From positions 360,052-423,914 of the forward strand of contig DF236954.1 of NCBI GenBank assembly GCA_000708835.1: 63,863 bases of DNA, in the 5' to 3' direction. The notes beneath the pieces were generated by a model, which saw nothing but the letters and a program-made list of their open reading frames with translations, was not told the origin of the DNA and searched no databases. The DNA comes from Klebsormidium nitens. Its lineage: Eukaryota; Plantae; Klebsormidiophyceae. Numbering within the stretch: position 1 is the stretch's first letter; each line of letters starts with the position of its first letter. Positions 35,196 to 49,496 of this stretch are shown here, piece after piece. Position numbers and translations under genes: made by a program.

Positions 35196-36571
35196 GGCTC
35201 CACATTGCAGGCGGATGAACACGATTCAGGTCTTCTGCGTGAGGACTCTGGTGCCGCTCCAAACCCCCTCCCTCACTTCTATCGCCTCCCAACATCCCAG
35301 CGGTAAAATTCACCTAAAAGATGCTGCTTCTAACAGTTGCACAGGGTATCAAATTTGTGCCACTGGACAAATAGTGCAATGTCGACAATGCTGGCAAATC
35401 GCCTTCCCACCAACACTTTTTGCAAGCACCCTGGCCTTTGATCGTAATGCCGCTAGCTCCGCCTCAGAGCTGATTGCACAAGGTCAATCGCGACTCAGCA
35501 AAGACCACAAATCTTCTTCAGATTGAAAATTCCTTCAGGAGCGGCCCCCTTCATCACCTCAAAGAGTAAAACCAATGTGCGCCGCTAGCGGCCTACAAAG
35601 TGGCAGCTGCAGATCGTGTATGGTAGAGCGACTCCAATGCTTCTTTCAGAACAACCGTCCTGCAAGTAGAGTGAGGCATTCGAATATCTCACCAAGTGTC
35701 CATTTGGCCAGCCTTCTACACGGCCTTCTGGAGTTGACACAAAAGAGGAAACTTCTGGGACGTAAACCACGGCTGCAACCGCCGACTAATAGAGTTTGAC
35801 TCCTCGGATTTTTGTGATCTTTGAATCTTGGTTACATGGAAGTTTAGCCGTCCGATGATATCGTTGCGGACCAGATTGTTCCACGGCTCGCGGCCGCGGC
35901 CCCGGGACCGGCCGGCTCTGCTTAAGTTACTTGGTTAAAGTTTTTCGAATCCTGCTCCGAGTACATACAAGCAGAATTGGGTGACCTGGGTGCTAACCTA
36001 CTCCTGGGTGCTACACAGCGCTGTATTAGCAGCACTGCATCATCGTATATGGCTGGCAGCAGCTACGTATATTTTTGTCTGACAGGACTTCTGGCACATG
36101 TCAACGTACAAACTTTTTACTTCGTTAGGCCGGCCAGTGACTTGAAGATGCTTCGATTGTTCAAGACAACTCCAGCTAGAAAGTATCACGCTCTAGAATG
36201 TAGCTCGTGAACAAGCAGCAAACATCGATGTTGCCAATAGTCACAGGCACTTCGTAATATTGACGTTTTCAACTGCCGCGTGTGTTGTCGTGAAACTCAT
36301 GCGTGGTGGATCAGCCATCATTCGGTCTAAACACCACCATGACAAAAACACCCCACTTTTTGCAGGCCATGCGCACGAATCCTTTGCTTATGACGCGCAC
36401 AATATGTGAATAACACATCACGCGGAGCTCGCACACCTTTGAGTAAAAAACGTCACTAAGTATGCACTTTTTGACTCCATTGCAGTGTTCAAGCAGTTCT
36501 ATGTCCTTTGCTTAGTCAAGAACCGTGTTCCATTGCAATCTTATAAACATATAAGCCGAATAAGTCAAAGT

Positions 36572-39500
36572 CTATAAGTCGACCGTCGCGGCCATAAGCT
36601 CTTCCCGCTTCTTGCTCAGCATGAGCGTCATCGGTTTGGTGCTCTTCCCCAGGGTCGCCCACTCGTTGACGCAAACGTCCGCATACTCCCGGAACGTCGC
36701 CTCGTCTTCGGACAGCGCCGCCATCGTTGCGTCGAACTCTTCCAAGTCTTGCATCCGCTCTTGTTCCCTTCGACGGGCCTTCTTGTCCTGTGAGTGAGAC
36801 GCGCCTAGGCTAAGTATAACGTCGAATCAGGGAAGAAGGGAAGTGGGCGTATGGCAGTAAGCTCGTTGAGGAAAAGAAAGCTTAGCTTGACGTGGTGTCA
36901 CATTCAAGGCATGGACGTAGAGGGCTTTGACCAGAAAAGTTACCGCTTCCGATCAGTAGATATGACAGAGTTGACGAGGAATATACACCGTAGGCGAACT
37001 TCGGATGCGCGAGGATCTTTGGGTTACAGTCGCTCGGTCGTACAAGTGGTCTGTCCGCTGCACCTTGGTAGTAAGGTCCAAGGAGGAAGTGCGTACGGTA
37101 CCATCTGATCACGTACTGATGCGTGAATGCAAGGTATCCATAGCCAAACTCCAGTTTCATCATCAACAAACAGTTGCTCTCCTCACGCACTTCGTAACAC
37201 TTCGCAAGGTAGTCGCCTTTTTTCTTATGCCTATCGAGTCGCCCTGTAACACAGAACGGAAAGAAGGGAGAAAGGCCCACCATCTGCTTCTTGAGCGCGG
37301 CCTGCATGGCTCGCGCCTTGGCCAGCGCGTCCTGCTTCGTCTTCGCCTCTTCCGCCTTGATCTCCGCGTTCCGCCGCTTCCATTGGTCCACAAACTCCTT
37401 CTGCTCGCGGAACTCCGCCTCGCGCTGCTTGTGCTTGTTCCACAGCTGCAAGGAACGAGAAAAGCTGGTCACTTGAAACCTCGAAAATTCGGAAGTCGAG
37501 CGTGGTTTGCTCCCAGCTCTCACGCCACGCTTCTGGCTCTTTTCAATCTTCGTCCTTTCCAGAACCAACGACCAAGCTTCCAAACAGTAGTATGGAACCA
37601 AAACCGGCCGCGAAAAGACACAGTCAGCGAAACAAGCCGCCTCGCTCATCTGCAGTCTCCGTCTCTTGTGGACTCCTTCTGCCTGACGCCCTTCTAGCCG
37701 TCGCCAATGGCCCTACTATCCCAAAAGTAGATCTCGACATCAGAGTCATGCAAGTCTTTCCTTCTCCGGACACGAACAGTCCTTTCCTCGCGCGCTGTCT
37801 TGGACTCTGTCAACCGCCTTTGCCTGGAGCTTTTAAAGCCGCCGCCAGAAGCTCTGCCATTACAAAACTGATTCACGATATCATTACGATGCAAGTCTTT
37901 CCTCTCCCGGCCACAAAAAGTCCTTTTCTCACCTGCTGTTTCCGGCTCTTGTCGATCGCCTCCGCCTCGCGCGCGCGCCGCTCCGCCGCCTCCCTCTCCC
38001 GGTTGTCCTCGGCCTGTATCCGCGCCTCCTCCTGCTCCTTCAGCCGCGCCTCGTTCTTATCCTTGTAGTCTTGCAGCGCGCGCTCGCGCGCGGCGATCAA
38101 GCGCGCGCGGTGCGCGGCCTTCTTGGCCGTGCGCGCGTCCTCGGCCGCGCGGCGCTCGGCCAGCTGCTGCTGCTTCTGGAGGACGTACTCTGCGCGGGGA
38201 GATGAAATTCTGGTTAAGTCTACGGGTCAAATAAAAAGGCGAATGAATTGATGGATTGGGAAAGGGAAAAGTGGATCAGCAGCATTTCAGAACCTTGGTT
38301 GGGTAGAGATTTTGGTGTGTTAACAAAAATTGGTCTGATTCGAAACTTGCCGTTCAGCAGGATTCAGGCTCTCTCTTCTGCCCAATGTCGACGAGGCGCT
38401 TGCTACGAGACGGAAGTCCTCAAAGTACTATCTCGCACTCCCAAGCTAGGTTCCAAAAGTGCACTTTACTCATAGCTTATGCGTCCCGTTTCGCACATCT
38501 CCACCCCCTTACCCGCGTTCTGTCGCTCCTCCTGCCGCTCCCGCTCCCGCATGTCCTCCTTCCACTTCTTCAGCGCGTCGTTCGCGGCCGCCGTCGCTAG
38601 GTTCGCGGCGACCGCCTGCTGCCGGCGCTCCTCCTCCTTTCGCCGCGCCTCCGCGGCGTCGGCCTCCGCGCGCGCGCGCAGGCGCGCGCCCTCCTCGCGG
38701 ACGTCCGCGCGCTCCTTGAGAATGCGCGTCCGTAGCTCGTCCAACTGGAAATGGAGCCAGGAAATTTTGTCGGACGGGCGCTTTTATCATGAGAGCGTCT
38801 TCTTCGACCTGATAGTGAATCAGAGTACGCAACTACGTTCAAGGGCCGTTTGGAGTTTTGGACGGACCGGACAGAGAGCAGTCGCTCGAGGGTCTTGAGA
38901 CTGGACATTTGTTTTGAAGCGAGTCGTAGGTCTCATTGATCTTCAAGATGCGGCAAAATCAAAAGGCAGCTATCTGAAACCATTAGGAGTCTATGTATGT
39001 CTCAGAGAACACTCAACAGGGTTCTCAATCTAAAAGCGGAACTTCTCGAAATGTCTTCTCACCTGGCTCCCTTGGATGGTCTTTTGCTCGAGCAGCTTCT
39101 TCTTCCGCTCTTCCGCTTTCTTCTTCTCCTCGTCTTCCGCTTTGGCCAGCGCCGCACGCTGCTGGTCTAAGAGAGCCTGGTCCGCCTTGGTGCGCAGCTG
39201 TTTGACGGTCTGCTTGTATGCGATCTGCGCTTCTCGCTCCTGCAGATTAATTCGCGTTTTGAGAATCTTCAAAAGGTGTTTTCAACGGACGTGGCTGAAA
39301 TTGTACACTCTCTGCACAAGCCTTTGTTTCCGCGGGTTGAGAAGGGGGTTCTCGAATCAAACCCAATCTCAAGTCAAAAAAAGACAATTTATTGTATCAC
39401 CATACTCTGCTGTTCAATTCTTTTTGAGAGTAGACGGGACTCGAATGTGGTAATTCCGAGTACTCGCTTGTGCTACTGAGTAAGGCTCGACCTCAAACGG

Positions 39501-41103
39501 AGTAATGGCAGGTCTTTTCTAAAGAAAGACTTAAGCCTGCTCTGCAGAGGGCTTATTATTCCGAATTAGTGCCAAGGTGGCGAGACAAGCACGAGTACGA
39601 TTGGTCTGTTGCCTTAGTCAAAGGCCAAAGTGGGGCTCGCCTGCAATATGTCGCTGAGCAGCATCTTGCCGTGGAACGATTTCACCATGTCGTTCTCGTC
39701 GTGCAGCATTTTGTTGGCGCGCTCAATCTGCATCATGAAAGGGAATATGATAGACTATGAGTCGATATTAGCTGATGGAGATTAGCTTATGACTGGCACG
39801 AGATAGTCGAGACGTCTTGCTCAACTGGCCACACTATCGTGAATAAACTGAGTAGTCCAGTCACGTTGTGCAGTGACTTGATCCGTCACGACGCTTCGAA
39901 CATTCAGGCTTACATCAAGATTGAAAGCTGTTTCTCACCGTGCTCGGATGCTGTTATCTGCACCGTTCAGATGCTGTGCTCTTGGGACATGTTTTCCAAC
40001 GCAGCCAGACGAATCTATTAATCTTGCAAAGCAGACGCGAGCACTCATCCACTCGTGCTTCCGTGAGTCGAACAATTGACTGCATGCGTTTTCTCGAGCT
40101 CTGGAACACGGAGCGCTGGGAATATCTACCTCGGCATGTGCAAGTTTTCAGCATTTGATGCGGAACTTCGGCTACTGAACTTTGCCTTCTAAAACACTAT
40201 TCTTGGGACGCCTACGTGTGGAGCTCCACATACGACATACTCGTCATATATTCCCCCAAAAGAAGACCCTTATGCTTGTTCACCTGCATCCTGCGCTGCT
40301 CTGCTCGGAACGCGGCCTCCTCTGCGTCCACCTTGCACCGCTCCGCCTCCTCTAGTTCTGCCTTCTCCCGCTTTGCCGCCTCCTTCTTTGCACGGAGCGC
40401 GTGGATTGTGTTCGGCCATTTCTTCGATCGCTCTATTGATGCGGCGTGTAGTGTGACCTTCTGCAGAAGTGAGAGTGGGGTCAGCGTGAGGTGAGTACGG
40501 GGGTCAAAGTTCAGGAAGGAGAGTTTTCGACCGTCTTTTCGTGCTCAAATACCAGTGCCCACAGCTCGTGCAATGAAACCGCATAGACTAAGTACTTAAA
40601 GTTCACTGCACACTTTGAGAAAGAAGTGAGACTGCTGTCTTTGTAACTGGTGCCGCTCCTCCTTAACCCTTTAAATTGTTCGAACCGTTGACCAGCCCAG
40701 TGGAGCATTATAGCAGCAAGTCATGTAGGGTGTCTCATACTCCTCTCAGGACAGGTTGGATATTGGCAATTGAGCTGCTGGGCCACTGAACACAGCTCCA
40801 ACGACTTGTTCATTACTCATTCAGTCCCCTGCAGTCACAGTCCAGCATTTGCTTGGCAAGTCGACAGCTCTTCACTTTTCCGACAAAGAACGAAGCAAGC
40901 AAGCTTTATAACAAGCCTCGAATCTACCAGACTTCTGTTCGTTACCAAGACTCCTGCTTTTGTGTCTGTAGCAAGCCAGTAAGAAGTTCTGGCCCGCTCA
41001 CGTCTAAGACGTTGCTCGTTTGCGGGGCCTCCTGCAGCGTGTTCCGAATGCGGTCCAAGTCGGAGGACTTGAGCAACGTGTAGGGCCCCTCCATCATCGT
41101 CAT
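36572..41103 (-). CDS. CFAP210: CFAP210/CCDC173-like ciliary coiled-coil (trichoplein-like) protein
   Basis: Multi-exon. RSKKWPNTIHALRAKKE...IERANKMLHDENDMVKSFHGKMLLSDILQEREAQI and C-terminal FREYADVCVNEWATLGKSTKP match recalled CCDC173 motifs. One GC-AG intron (39640-39240). Confidence 0.8.
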
Positions 41104-42960
41104 CTTGGTTGCTGCTTCTTGCCCTCCTCAATCTAGTTCCCCTGCCAATAAACTCAATTGGCCACCTTCTGCAGAGTTACCGGCACCTAGTTTCTTGAGC
41201 GGCCTCTCAAGAATAAAGACTGCTCTCCTTTCATGCACTCCGTTTCCTCATACCCTCTGTGATGGCTTATCACTCCTCGAAGAGTCTACCTATTTGTGCA
41301 CTGCAAAGTGGCTCGTGCAATGTTGTCAATTTCTTTGGCACTCCTGGCGAGCCTATAACTTGCCCTCTGTCGTCTCATAGCCTACTGAAACTGACTGAGG
41401 GTCGCCCCAGCAATTCAACATGACTCCTTCCCTAGACATTGCAGTGTCCGGTCAATCTTCTACAAAGGGATCCGCTCTTCACGTTCTTCCTGCATGCCAC
41501 AATTTGCACAGCTCTACTGTGGTCCCTTTGGCGCCAGATTGACAGAGTCAGAACCTATTGAGGTTGGCGTCCAGTTAGGAGTGCAATGCTGCATTTTCCA
41601 AAATTCAGATGGTCCCTCATGACGTTCGACAATTTGGGAGGAGCATGATGAACCGCACTTCGAACTGCATTCATTTCTTGTCTAGTAGCACATATGTGCC
41701 AGCTTTCAGATTCTCTATTGCCGCATTGCGCCTTCGTCCAGCTTGAAATCAGAGAGATTCTCCCCGCATTTCGCAATTGAAAGCAACCACAAGAACAGTA
41801 TGAAGACACGAAAGATAATTGTAAAAGTTCTACAGTCCCAGATTCTCAGGGAAGAACGGGGGAAAACCGCTGTCTGACTCGCGGGGCGTCGGTTGACATC
41901 GATGCCTCCTCTAGACATTCGAGCCGTCGATATCCATCCAACCGTCGCGTGCAAGATTCTCGAAGTCAGGATCGGTGCAGATCGACGGCTCGAAATTGTC
42001 TAAGAGATTCCACGCTGTTCTGTGCAACGTCATGGATTCTAGCTGCATAGGCGCTTGCTGACGCAATATCCAGCTTCACTTCTCAGAATCATGCAAGCTT
42101 TCGCAGGCTGAGGTTGCGCTGGATCATTCAAGCTAGAGGATTCTGACTTTGAGGAAGGGAAAACATTGTCACTGCAGGAGGAGCGCTCGAGTCCCCTCCC
42201 TTTCTGCATTTCTGCTTGCATGTACAGTCGAGGAAAAAGTAGGAGAATATTATGAAAGTGACGTTGACAAGCGCCGTCACCAATCAGTCATTCACCTCAG
42301 GTGACCAGTGGTTGGAGCAAGCCGAAAAGCATAAGCATTCATTGTAGAAACTTGCTTAGAGTGGACAAGAATTGAGCACCATCTCTGCTGACGTGCAGCA
42401 TTGCCATCTAAACAAGTGCATGTCGGTTTGCTGGGCTTGGGTTGAGCACCAGGTCATAGGTCTCAGGTCAAAGGTAGGCAGTAATTGGCAGCAAACCGCA
42501 ATTCGCTTGGAGGTGGCGCCGTAGATTAGCACTTCCGCTTCCCTATCAGCTCACTTTGTCAATGTCGTACTGGACTTTCCAATAAGGTTAAAGATTATAT
42601 TCTTCCTGAGGCAGCAGCCATGGTCCTTTCGGAGGCCATTCTGATTAGCGCCTACTTCTTGGGGCTGCGAAGGGCCTATCGACTTGTTCTCAAGACTGAG
42701 CGGAAAGTACTCAGGAGGGTTCCTCGCATCCAGCAATTTGCAGAGAGGTGAACAGCTTTTCTTGGAAGCTGCATTGAGCTATATGTTTTCTCCTTCTGGA
42801 CATCATCTGGTGTCACTCAATGCTTTCGTCATAAAATCAGCGACAGTAACAGATTTGTTCATTCTTGGTATCTTGACATTCCGGGAACAACAGCCAAAAA
42901 TGTTACTTGTGACCACATCATTTGGAGCATTTCAGGTTGGTAGCAAACTTTTGACGTGTT

Positions 42961-43011
42961 GATTATTTCAAACAGATTGTTTCAAACAGACGTGTTGATT
43001 GTTTCAAACAG
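42961..43011. repeat. 14-bp repeat gattgtttcaaaca x3
   Basis: Seen directly; the first copy has one mismatch. Confidence 0.75.
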
Positions 43012-43895
43012 AAAAGGTGACCAAAAACCACCACCAGTATTTTTCCTGCCTTAAAGGTGGTGTGAATTGATCTCTGAAACAACAATCTATAAAACTCAAG
43101 CGTCACTGTTTAGCACGCTCAGGACCTAAGGGAGTCTCAAGTTATGGATGTAATCGCCTTAGTTTGTCATAAACTTGTTTACTTAGATCCAGCTGCTCTT
43201 GCCAGTTTGGCTTCTTCGCAGCACTATGTTTGAACTCAACGGCGTTCCGCACAGTGGTCAAACTGTTGATCTTGAAGGAGGACCTTCCAGTAGGAGCTTA
43301 ACGTGACCCTTTGTTTGAGAGATCAGACATCTGCTCAACTATTAGACAAGGGAATCCTAATGAATACCAATACTTTGTTATCGAACACGCGCACTGACCA
43401 TCTAATGGAGATGATCAATTGGTCCCCTCTGCTCCAAAGTTAAATTGATGCCGGAAAGGCATTGAGTACTGATGAAAGCAAAGATATGGTACTGAGTCAC
43501 ACTGCATTCATTTGTTGTTGATTTGTCTCTGAATGTGGAACAATCGAAGAAGTCTCCTGGTCGGCAAGATTGTACCATGAAGCGAAAGATATAGGTATAC
43601 AAGTCCTCCAAAATGGTCAGCTTGAAACATTCTCAACCGTACACCAGGAAAAATGCAAAGCCACAACGGGGCAGGCATTCAACATAGGAGCATCAGTGTG
43701 TCTTCCAGTTGACACACGTTCTGTATGAGAAGCCGCCATGAGCATCAGCGTGCGCCAAATGGCTCATCATTGAAAGTACATCGACAAGGACTGAAGTGTC
43801 ACTTCACTCTCACAGGAACACCAAGCATCAGCGGGATTGCTTAGTCATCAAGAAACAGATGCACTAATTTCGAATCTGCCATCTCAAATTCACAG

Positions 43896-44847
43896 GAACA
43901 TCAAGCACGTGTTCCGGTTGGCCCAGCGCGGCATCAAGGAGGTGGAGCAGCGCGACCTGGCGTTCGGCAAGTACCTCGGCGGCCTGGTCGACAAGATGCC
44001 GAGCTGGGACTTCTTCAAAGACAGGTCCATCACGCGCGGCGAAAAGTACCGGGCTCTGAAAGCGTCCCTGAGGGCCACGGTAGAGAGCCGCCGCGCACGC
44101 AGGGCTGCAGAATCAGGGGGAGCGAGCGCAGGGGAAGCGATGAAGATTGTGAGAGACCAGGAGAAGGCGAAGTGGGAGGGCCAGGCGCCGGGGCGGGTGA
44201 TCGAGGAGAAGGTTCGGGAGGAGGGGGCGGTGGGGGAATGGCGAGGATTGCCAAACGAGGGGGCGAAAGTAGTCGCGTCCAGACGGGCAGGAGATGAGGA
44301 TTCGTCCAAAATTTCGGATGCATCAAGGAAAGGGTCACCAAAGGGGTCATTGAGGGATAGAACATCGGCGGGAGAGACTCCGTGGGGCGAGCCTGCGAGG
44401 GGAGAAGTCGGAAAAGCGAGCCCGTCCGGCGTCTACGCTGCCCGAAAGTACCACTCTGCGAGAGGGCTTGACGTACTGAGTCAGGAGCGGTGGCCGGAGA
44501 CAAGCGTACTCACGAGGGGCAGGGGGGCGGCAGATCGGTTTGTTCAAGATCAGGGGACAATGGAGGAGAGTATGCCTGCAGATGAGCGGCGAGGATCTTC
44601 TTCAGGGGCAAGGGCTTTCGGAGAGGGGCTTCTTCGAGCTGCCTTTGAAAGTAGTAAAGACGGTTCGGCGGGGGTCGTGGTGAGGGATGTGGTGAGCGCT
44701 GGTCAAGTAGAGGACACAAGCAGCAGTTCTGTGCTGACCGGCACTGGCTCGTGGAAGAGTGTGCGGTGTCAACGTGCGCTATCTCCTGGTTTTGAGCTGA
44801 AGAATTCCATCCGCAAAGCTAGGTCTCAATTCTCGAGTCAAACTTAG
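43896..44847 (+). CDS. Terminal exon of an unidentified gene (upstream exons probably in 41.3-43.8 kb)
   Basis: cacAG acceptor, strong GC3 bias (NIKHVFRLAQRGIKEVEQRDLAFGKYLGGLVDKMPSWDFF), then a low-complexity tail. Confidence 0.55.
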
Positions 44848-46134
44848 CGAGGCAATCAGTTGGTGCAGATTGGCAGCAGCCTACTGCAGTAACGAGAACG
44901 AGAAGAACAATCGGCCGATATGCACGTAGGTGCTAAATCCAAAGCTGTACATTAGACACGACACCACATGATCTGGATGTAATTCTTTTTCAAGTTTGGA
45001 CATTGAGCGTACATGCAGCCAAAGCATGCAGTTCCTAGAGCAGGCGGACAGAAAGACGTTAAATCTGAACAGGACAGGCCGCGATCGAGCATGCAAATCG
45101 TGAGGTCAAATCTTCGAGTCACTTGCGGCCTCCTTATTAAAGCGGCGCCGCCGCTGGCCTCGGGCTGGGCCGGGCCGGATATAGAAAGTCAACTGTGTGA
45201 GCCGGATGGGTTTGTTCAAGTATAGTCAACCGCGTATGATTACTTTGCATATGCAGGACTCACACATGTTGCAGGCTATCTCATTGCATGTACACTTCGA
45301 GGATCATGACAAGTCATGTCAGAAGTTTTATTTGAGCTTTGAGTTGATTGACGTACAATTAAGCAGGCTGCAGCAGCTAGGCATCGAAAACTTGCATGCA
45401 CCAACACAAACCCTGTGCGACGCGCCGCATGACCGCTCTTACTAGTTGAATCATTGCACTTAGCGACTGATCGTCCACGACCAATATACATGGAGGATTC
45501 AGTATGAAATTGTCGGAATAACCGTTTAGTAATACCCGGCCATGCATGGCTCCTCAAATCAAGCCTGCGCGGCCGCCATGATCGAGAGAACAGTGGCCAG
45601 ACCGCGAGTACTGAGCACTGAGAATCATGCCGCAGCTCATTCAGTACGTTTGCCGACATTTTGAGTCGGTTTGCTGGCAGGCCTATGCCTGGCCGCCGCT
45701 GCATGGCAGTTTCCAAAACCTAGTACGGTTAACTTCAAAGTCCAGGCGCCGCGGCCAATTCGCTCGGATCGGATACGCGGTTCAATGCGGACCACCTAGC
45801 ACATTTCGTTGCGCGTGGCCATATTCAGATCCTCGGAATCAGAGTTGTATCATGGTTTTGTACAAATACAAACGTACATTTGCTAATGAAAGTGGCGGGC
45901 CGCGGACTTGAAATGCCAACATGGACGTTCCCCCTCTGAAGAGAGCCCGTCAACCAAGTTCCTGGACCTGCGTCATTGAATTTAAAACTTCGTATTCCTG
46001 GCGGCTATCAGTGGGTGACGTTGCGAGAAGAAAGGACGCGTACGTGGCAAGCCGCTTGCTCGTCTCGGCTGCATCTTGTAGCACAGGGAATGCATGCAGG
46101 CAGTTGTGAACCATAAACTTGACCAATATTCATC

Positions 46135-49100
46135 TCAAGTTGGCTTCACGAAGGTCCGGCCGGAGGCAGTTTTCTTCTCCTTGACCGTCTCTGGCTTGGC
46201 CTTGTGCAGCACCTGAATCAGGCCTTCAACCCGCCTTCGCATTCGCGTGTGCATGAAAGCTTTGGAGCACTGCAAAGGACGAAACGAATGCTCTCAGCTT
46301 CTCAGGTCGTCAGAAGACACTCCCTGTAACGCGCCACCAACCGACCCTGCCAAACGATAGCATGCTTGAGACCAGGAATCATCGTTGCGCAGAAGAGCAA
46401 TGAGGAGCGGAGGTCTTCGTTTGGACAAAGGGCCGATTTCCATCGACATTGTTTTGAGCTTCTTGACAGGAATCTCATTCATAAATTTTCAAGGCTTTGT
46501 CGTGCATTCTTTGATCCCGATGCGAAACACATTATAAACATTCCCACTTGCGCACGAGCTTGTTCCGGCTCACCTTTATGTGGTAGCTGACGTAAGCATA
46601 GAAGGTCAGGAGGGCCCATGCGGTGCGCCCCAGTTTGTCGCCTTGCACGTGCCTCGGGAAGATAACTGTACGAGATAAGGTTTCTGTTTGTACCAAGCTG
46701 ACTGTCCTTGGACTCTAATAAGCGCGAAGGATGCAAACTAGAGTTGGGGCGTCCAGACTGGCTGTAGGCTTCCAATCGCAAAGCGTGAGGGGGTGGGGAT
46801 ACGAGTCCAAGCAGTCGAGACTGTTCTGGCTCACCGAAAGAGACATAGCCCGCGTTCGCCTTAAGAGCGGCGGGGGGGACGTTTTTGAGCTCAAGAGGCG
46901 GGGACTTGGAGTAGGAGCAGAAGGGCGCCGTCTGGGCGGAAGCGGTCCGCCGGGCTTCCATGAATTCCTGCAAGCACGCACCACATTCAGAAACCAGAAT
47001 CGACGTTTATGAATGCAGTCCGGAACAGCAGGTGGGGCGTTCTTGATTTCGAGAGGGGGGAACTTGGGAGTAAACGCAAAAGGGCGCCGTCTGGGCGGAC
47101 GCGGTCCGCTGGGCTTCCAAGAGATCGTGTACGGACGGACATTTGCAAAAGGAGTAAAATCGACCGCCCGCTAGGATTGTTACGTCTTCGGAGACCATTC
47201 GCCGAGCTTCTCAAAGTCCTGTGGCGCGCACATCGCTTGGAAATGCAATCGGCTTTGGCAGAGGCACTCTCAAACCATCAGGATTTCGGACCCGAAAGCA
47301 AAGCGATGGAGAGCTGTCAGGGTTTGGGATAACAACGAGAGCGTTTTGAGGATGGACATTCCGCTGAGCTAAGTCGACTGCAAGAGTTCAGGGCCTGCTC
47401 TCTCAGTACAAGCTCGTTTGCCTGCTTGTAGACCAACTTTGAAATGCTCACATGAGCCAATATACGACTAGCCTCGAGAATCCGCCCGACGGTACGATCA
47501 TCCAGAAAGGACCGAACGCAGAGAACTTCCCGTTTGCAAATTAAGCCGTTGCCTGAACCTCAGGTGGGATGAGGTGCAACTCCGAAAATATCATCGTTGA
47601 ACATAACCCCTCACTCATGCAAGCAACAACCAAATCTGCAGCGAGAACTGTCTAGAAGGTCCGGTCACTCACCTGGAGAAACGAGCTGGCGATGATCACA
47701 TCGTTGCTGTCTTGGAAGTTCATGGGAAAGACGACGGTCGCCTTTTCAGCCTGCCGGCGACAGTCAAGCGGTTCAATGTTTAATCCAGAAGCAGGAGACC
47801 AAGAGAAGAGGAACGGAGCGTAAGGTCTCCAGCTAGCGGTTTCGTGAGCACCGCGAAGTGAAACAGTGTGGCTTGCCCTTGAAGAGTTTCTCAGAGGGCC
47901 TTGCAAACAATCAGAATCAGTCGTTTGCTAGACTTGCACATGCATCATCAGGAGAGGACTCATCAGAAGAATAAAATATAAGGCAGAAGTATGCAGAGAC
48001 GAGTCACTTACATCTCGAGTCACGTAGAAGGCCTCTTTTGGTCGATATGAGAGAGCGGTGGGCTTTGCGGCTGCGGATGGGGGACTCTGAGGGTCTCCCC
48101 CTTCTGAAGAGAGCGCTTTCAAGATGTTTCGCAAAGGAGCCGCCATGATAGTACTTCGTAAAGAGGCTAAACTCCTGATAATCTTTTGTTGTTCACCTGG
48201 CAATGAAGAGGCATCAAGTTTTCAAACTGCGAACATGTGAAGAAAGGGAAAACGGAAGGAAAAAACCAGCTTGAGAGTTTGAAGCTGACAGTGCTTATAA
48301 GCGTGGACATAACGTCTATGTCAGGAATGGCATCCATTCTGGAATATGAGTGAGCTGTTCTGTTAGATTTGCTGAGTGGGATTCCTCGAGAAATCACACG
48401 GGAAATTTGAAGTTTCTGACAGGCAACCTCTTCATTGAAAAGCCACAGTCCGAAGAAATTTCGTCAGGACCCAGAATATCAACAGCAAGTCCGCAAAGAA
48501 GTACATTAGTGCATATGAAAATGGATCAGAAGAGGGCGGACGCACCTTCCCCAGTTGGAACCTTTGAAACGTCTACTTCTAAGGTCAGGTCGAACCCCTT
48601 TTCCGGTTCATCTAGAACTTTTGCATAGCTCCCGTACGCTGCTTCAACAGCCTCCAGAGCCCCCAAGGGAACGATGCTTCCCCCTAGTCCCCCTGCAACA
48701 GCTGCACCCGGGGGAGCCACAGGCAACCCGATGGAGATTGTGATGTGACTGGTGGCAGCTCCGGCCTGCAGCCAGTGAACTGAGACTTGTCAATCATGAC
48801 TCTGCGTCTCTTCGTTGTGCTGCCAACCTAAGAGCAGGTAACCTGAACCTAAGGCCTTAGGTTGTGAGTGAGGGGCGAGAGTCATCATGGACGAGCAACT
48901 GTTCAAACAAGTGGTGCAAAGTGCTGCTGTGATCGTGTTGTTTCAGGACCAGCGGACGGACAGCTTGCCCCAGGAATCCTAATGCAGGTTGCTGTCAGGT
49001 GGTGTGCATACCTGTACATGGTAGCGGACATCGTCAAACTCAACGAGGTGACTGTCCACTTCGGCTGGCTTCTCTGATCTGCAAGTGAGTGGAACCATTT

Positions 49101-49496
49101 CAACACTGGGTTTCGACGTCGTGACTTTCTAATTGCCACCATTCAGCTAGAATGCAGGGAGGCACCAGGATTTTACTCCTCTGTTCCTTCCTGCTCACGT
49201 GCGAGCCCCGATGATAAAAAGCATGTCTGTTCTCAGAATCCAAGAGACGGATGTCTTCCACCAGCTTTGAAACTGCTGGAGTTCCCCTTTATTCTGCAGA
49301 GGTAAACGATATTTGAAAGTTCCTATCGAAAGGGGTCTAGGAAAGTGAAGGAGGAGCTACAGAACCAATCAACCCATGCGGGGAAGGAGTTGAGTTCGAG
49401 ACGAGCAATCAAATTAGTTTTGAAGAGGACTTACTCTTTCAAGCGTGCCACTAATGCATCGCTGAGTATTCTACTTTCCTGATCGAAGAGGATCAT
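46135..49496 (-). CDS. ARPC2: Arp2/3 complex 34-kDa subunit, 323 aa
   Basis: Exons 49496-49435, 49078-49012, 48765-48546, 48196-48012, 47750-47673, 46967-46835, 46665-46574, 46269-46135 are all in phase. Motifs MILF, VEFDDVRYHVQ, SFLQEFMEARR, NAGYVSFVIFPRH, YVSYHIKCSKAFMHTRMRRRV. Confidence 0.95.
47015..47126 (-). pseudogene. Decayed duplicate of ARPC2 exon 6 in intron 5
   Basis: DLLEAQRTASAQTAPFCVYS vs EFMEARRTASAQTAPFCSYS. It has a +1 insertion, the acceptor reads AC instead of AG, and the donor is lost. Confidence 0.85.

Noticed and set aside
37005-38908. Several long plus-strand or alternative-frame ORFs over CFAP210
   Set aside because: Shadows of GC-rich coiled-coil exons.
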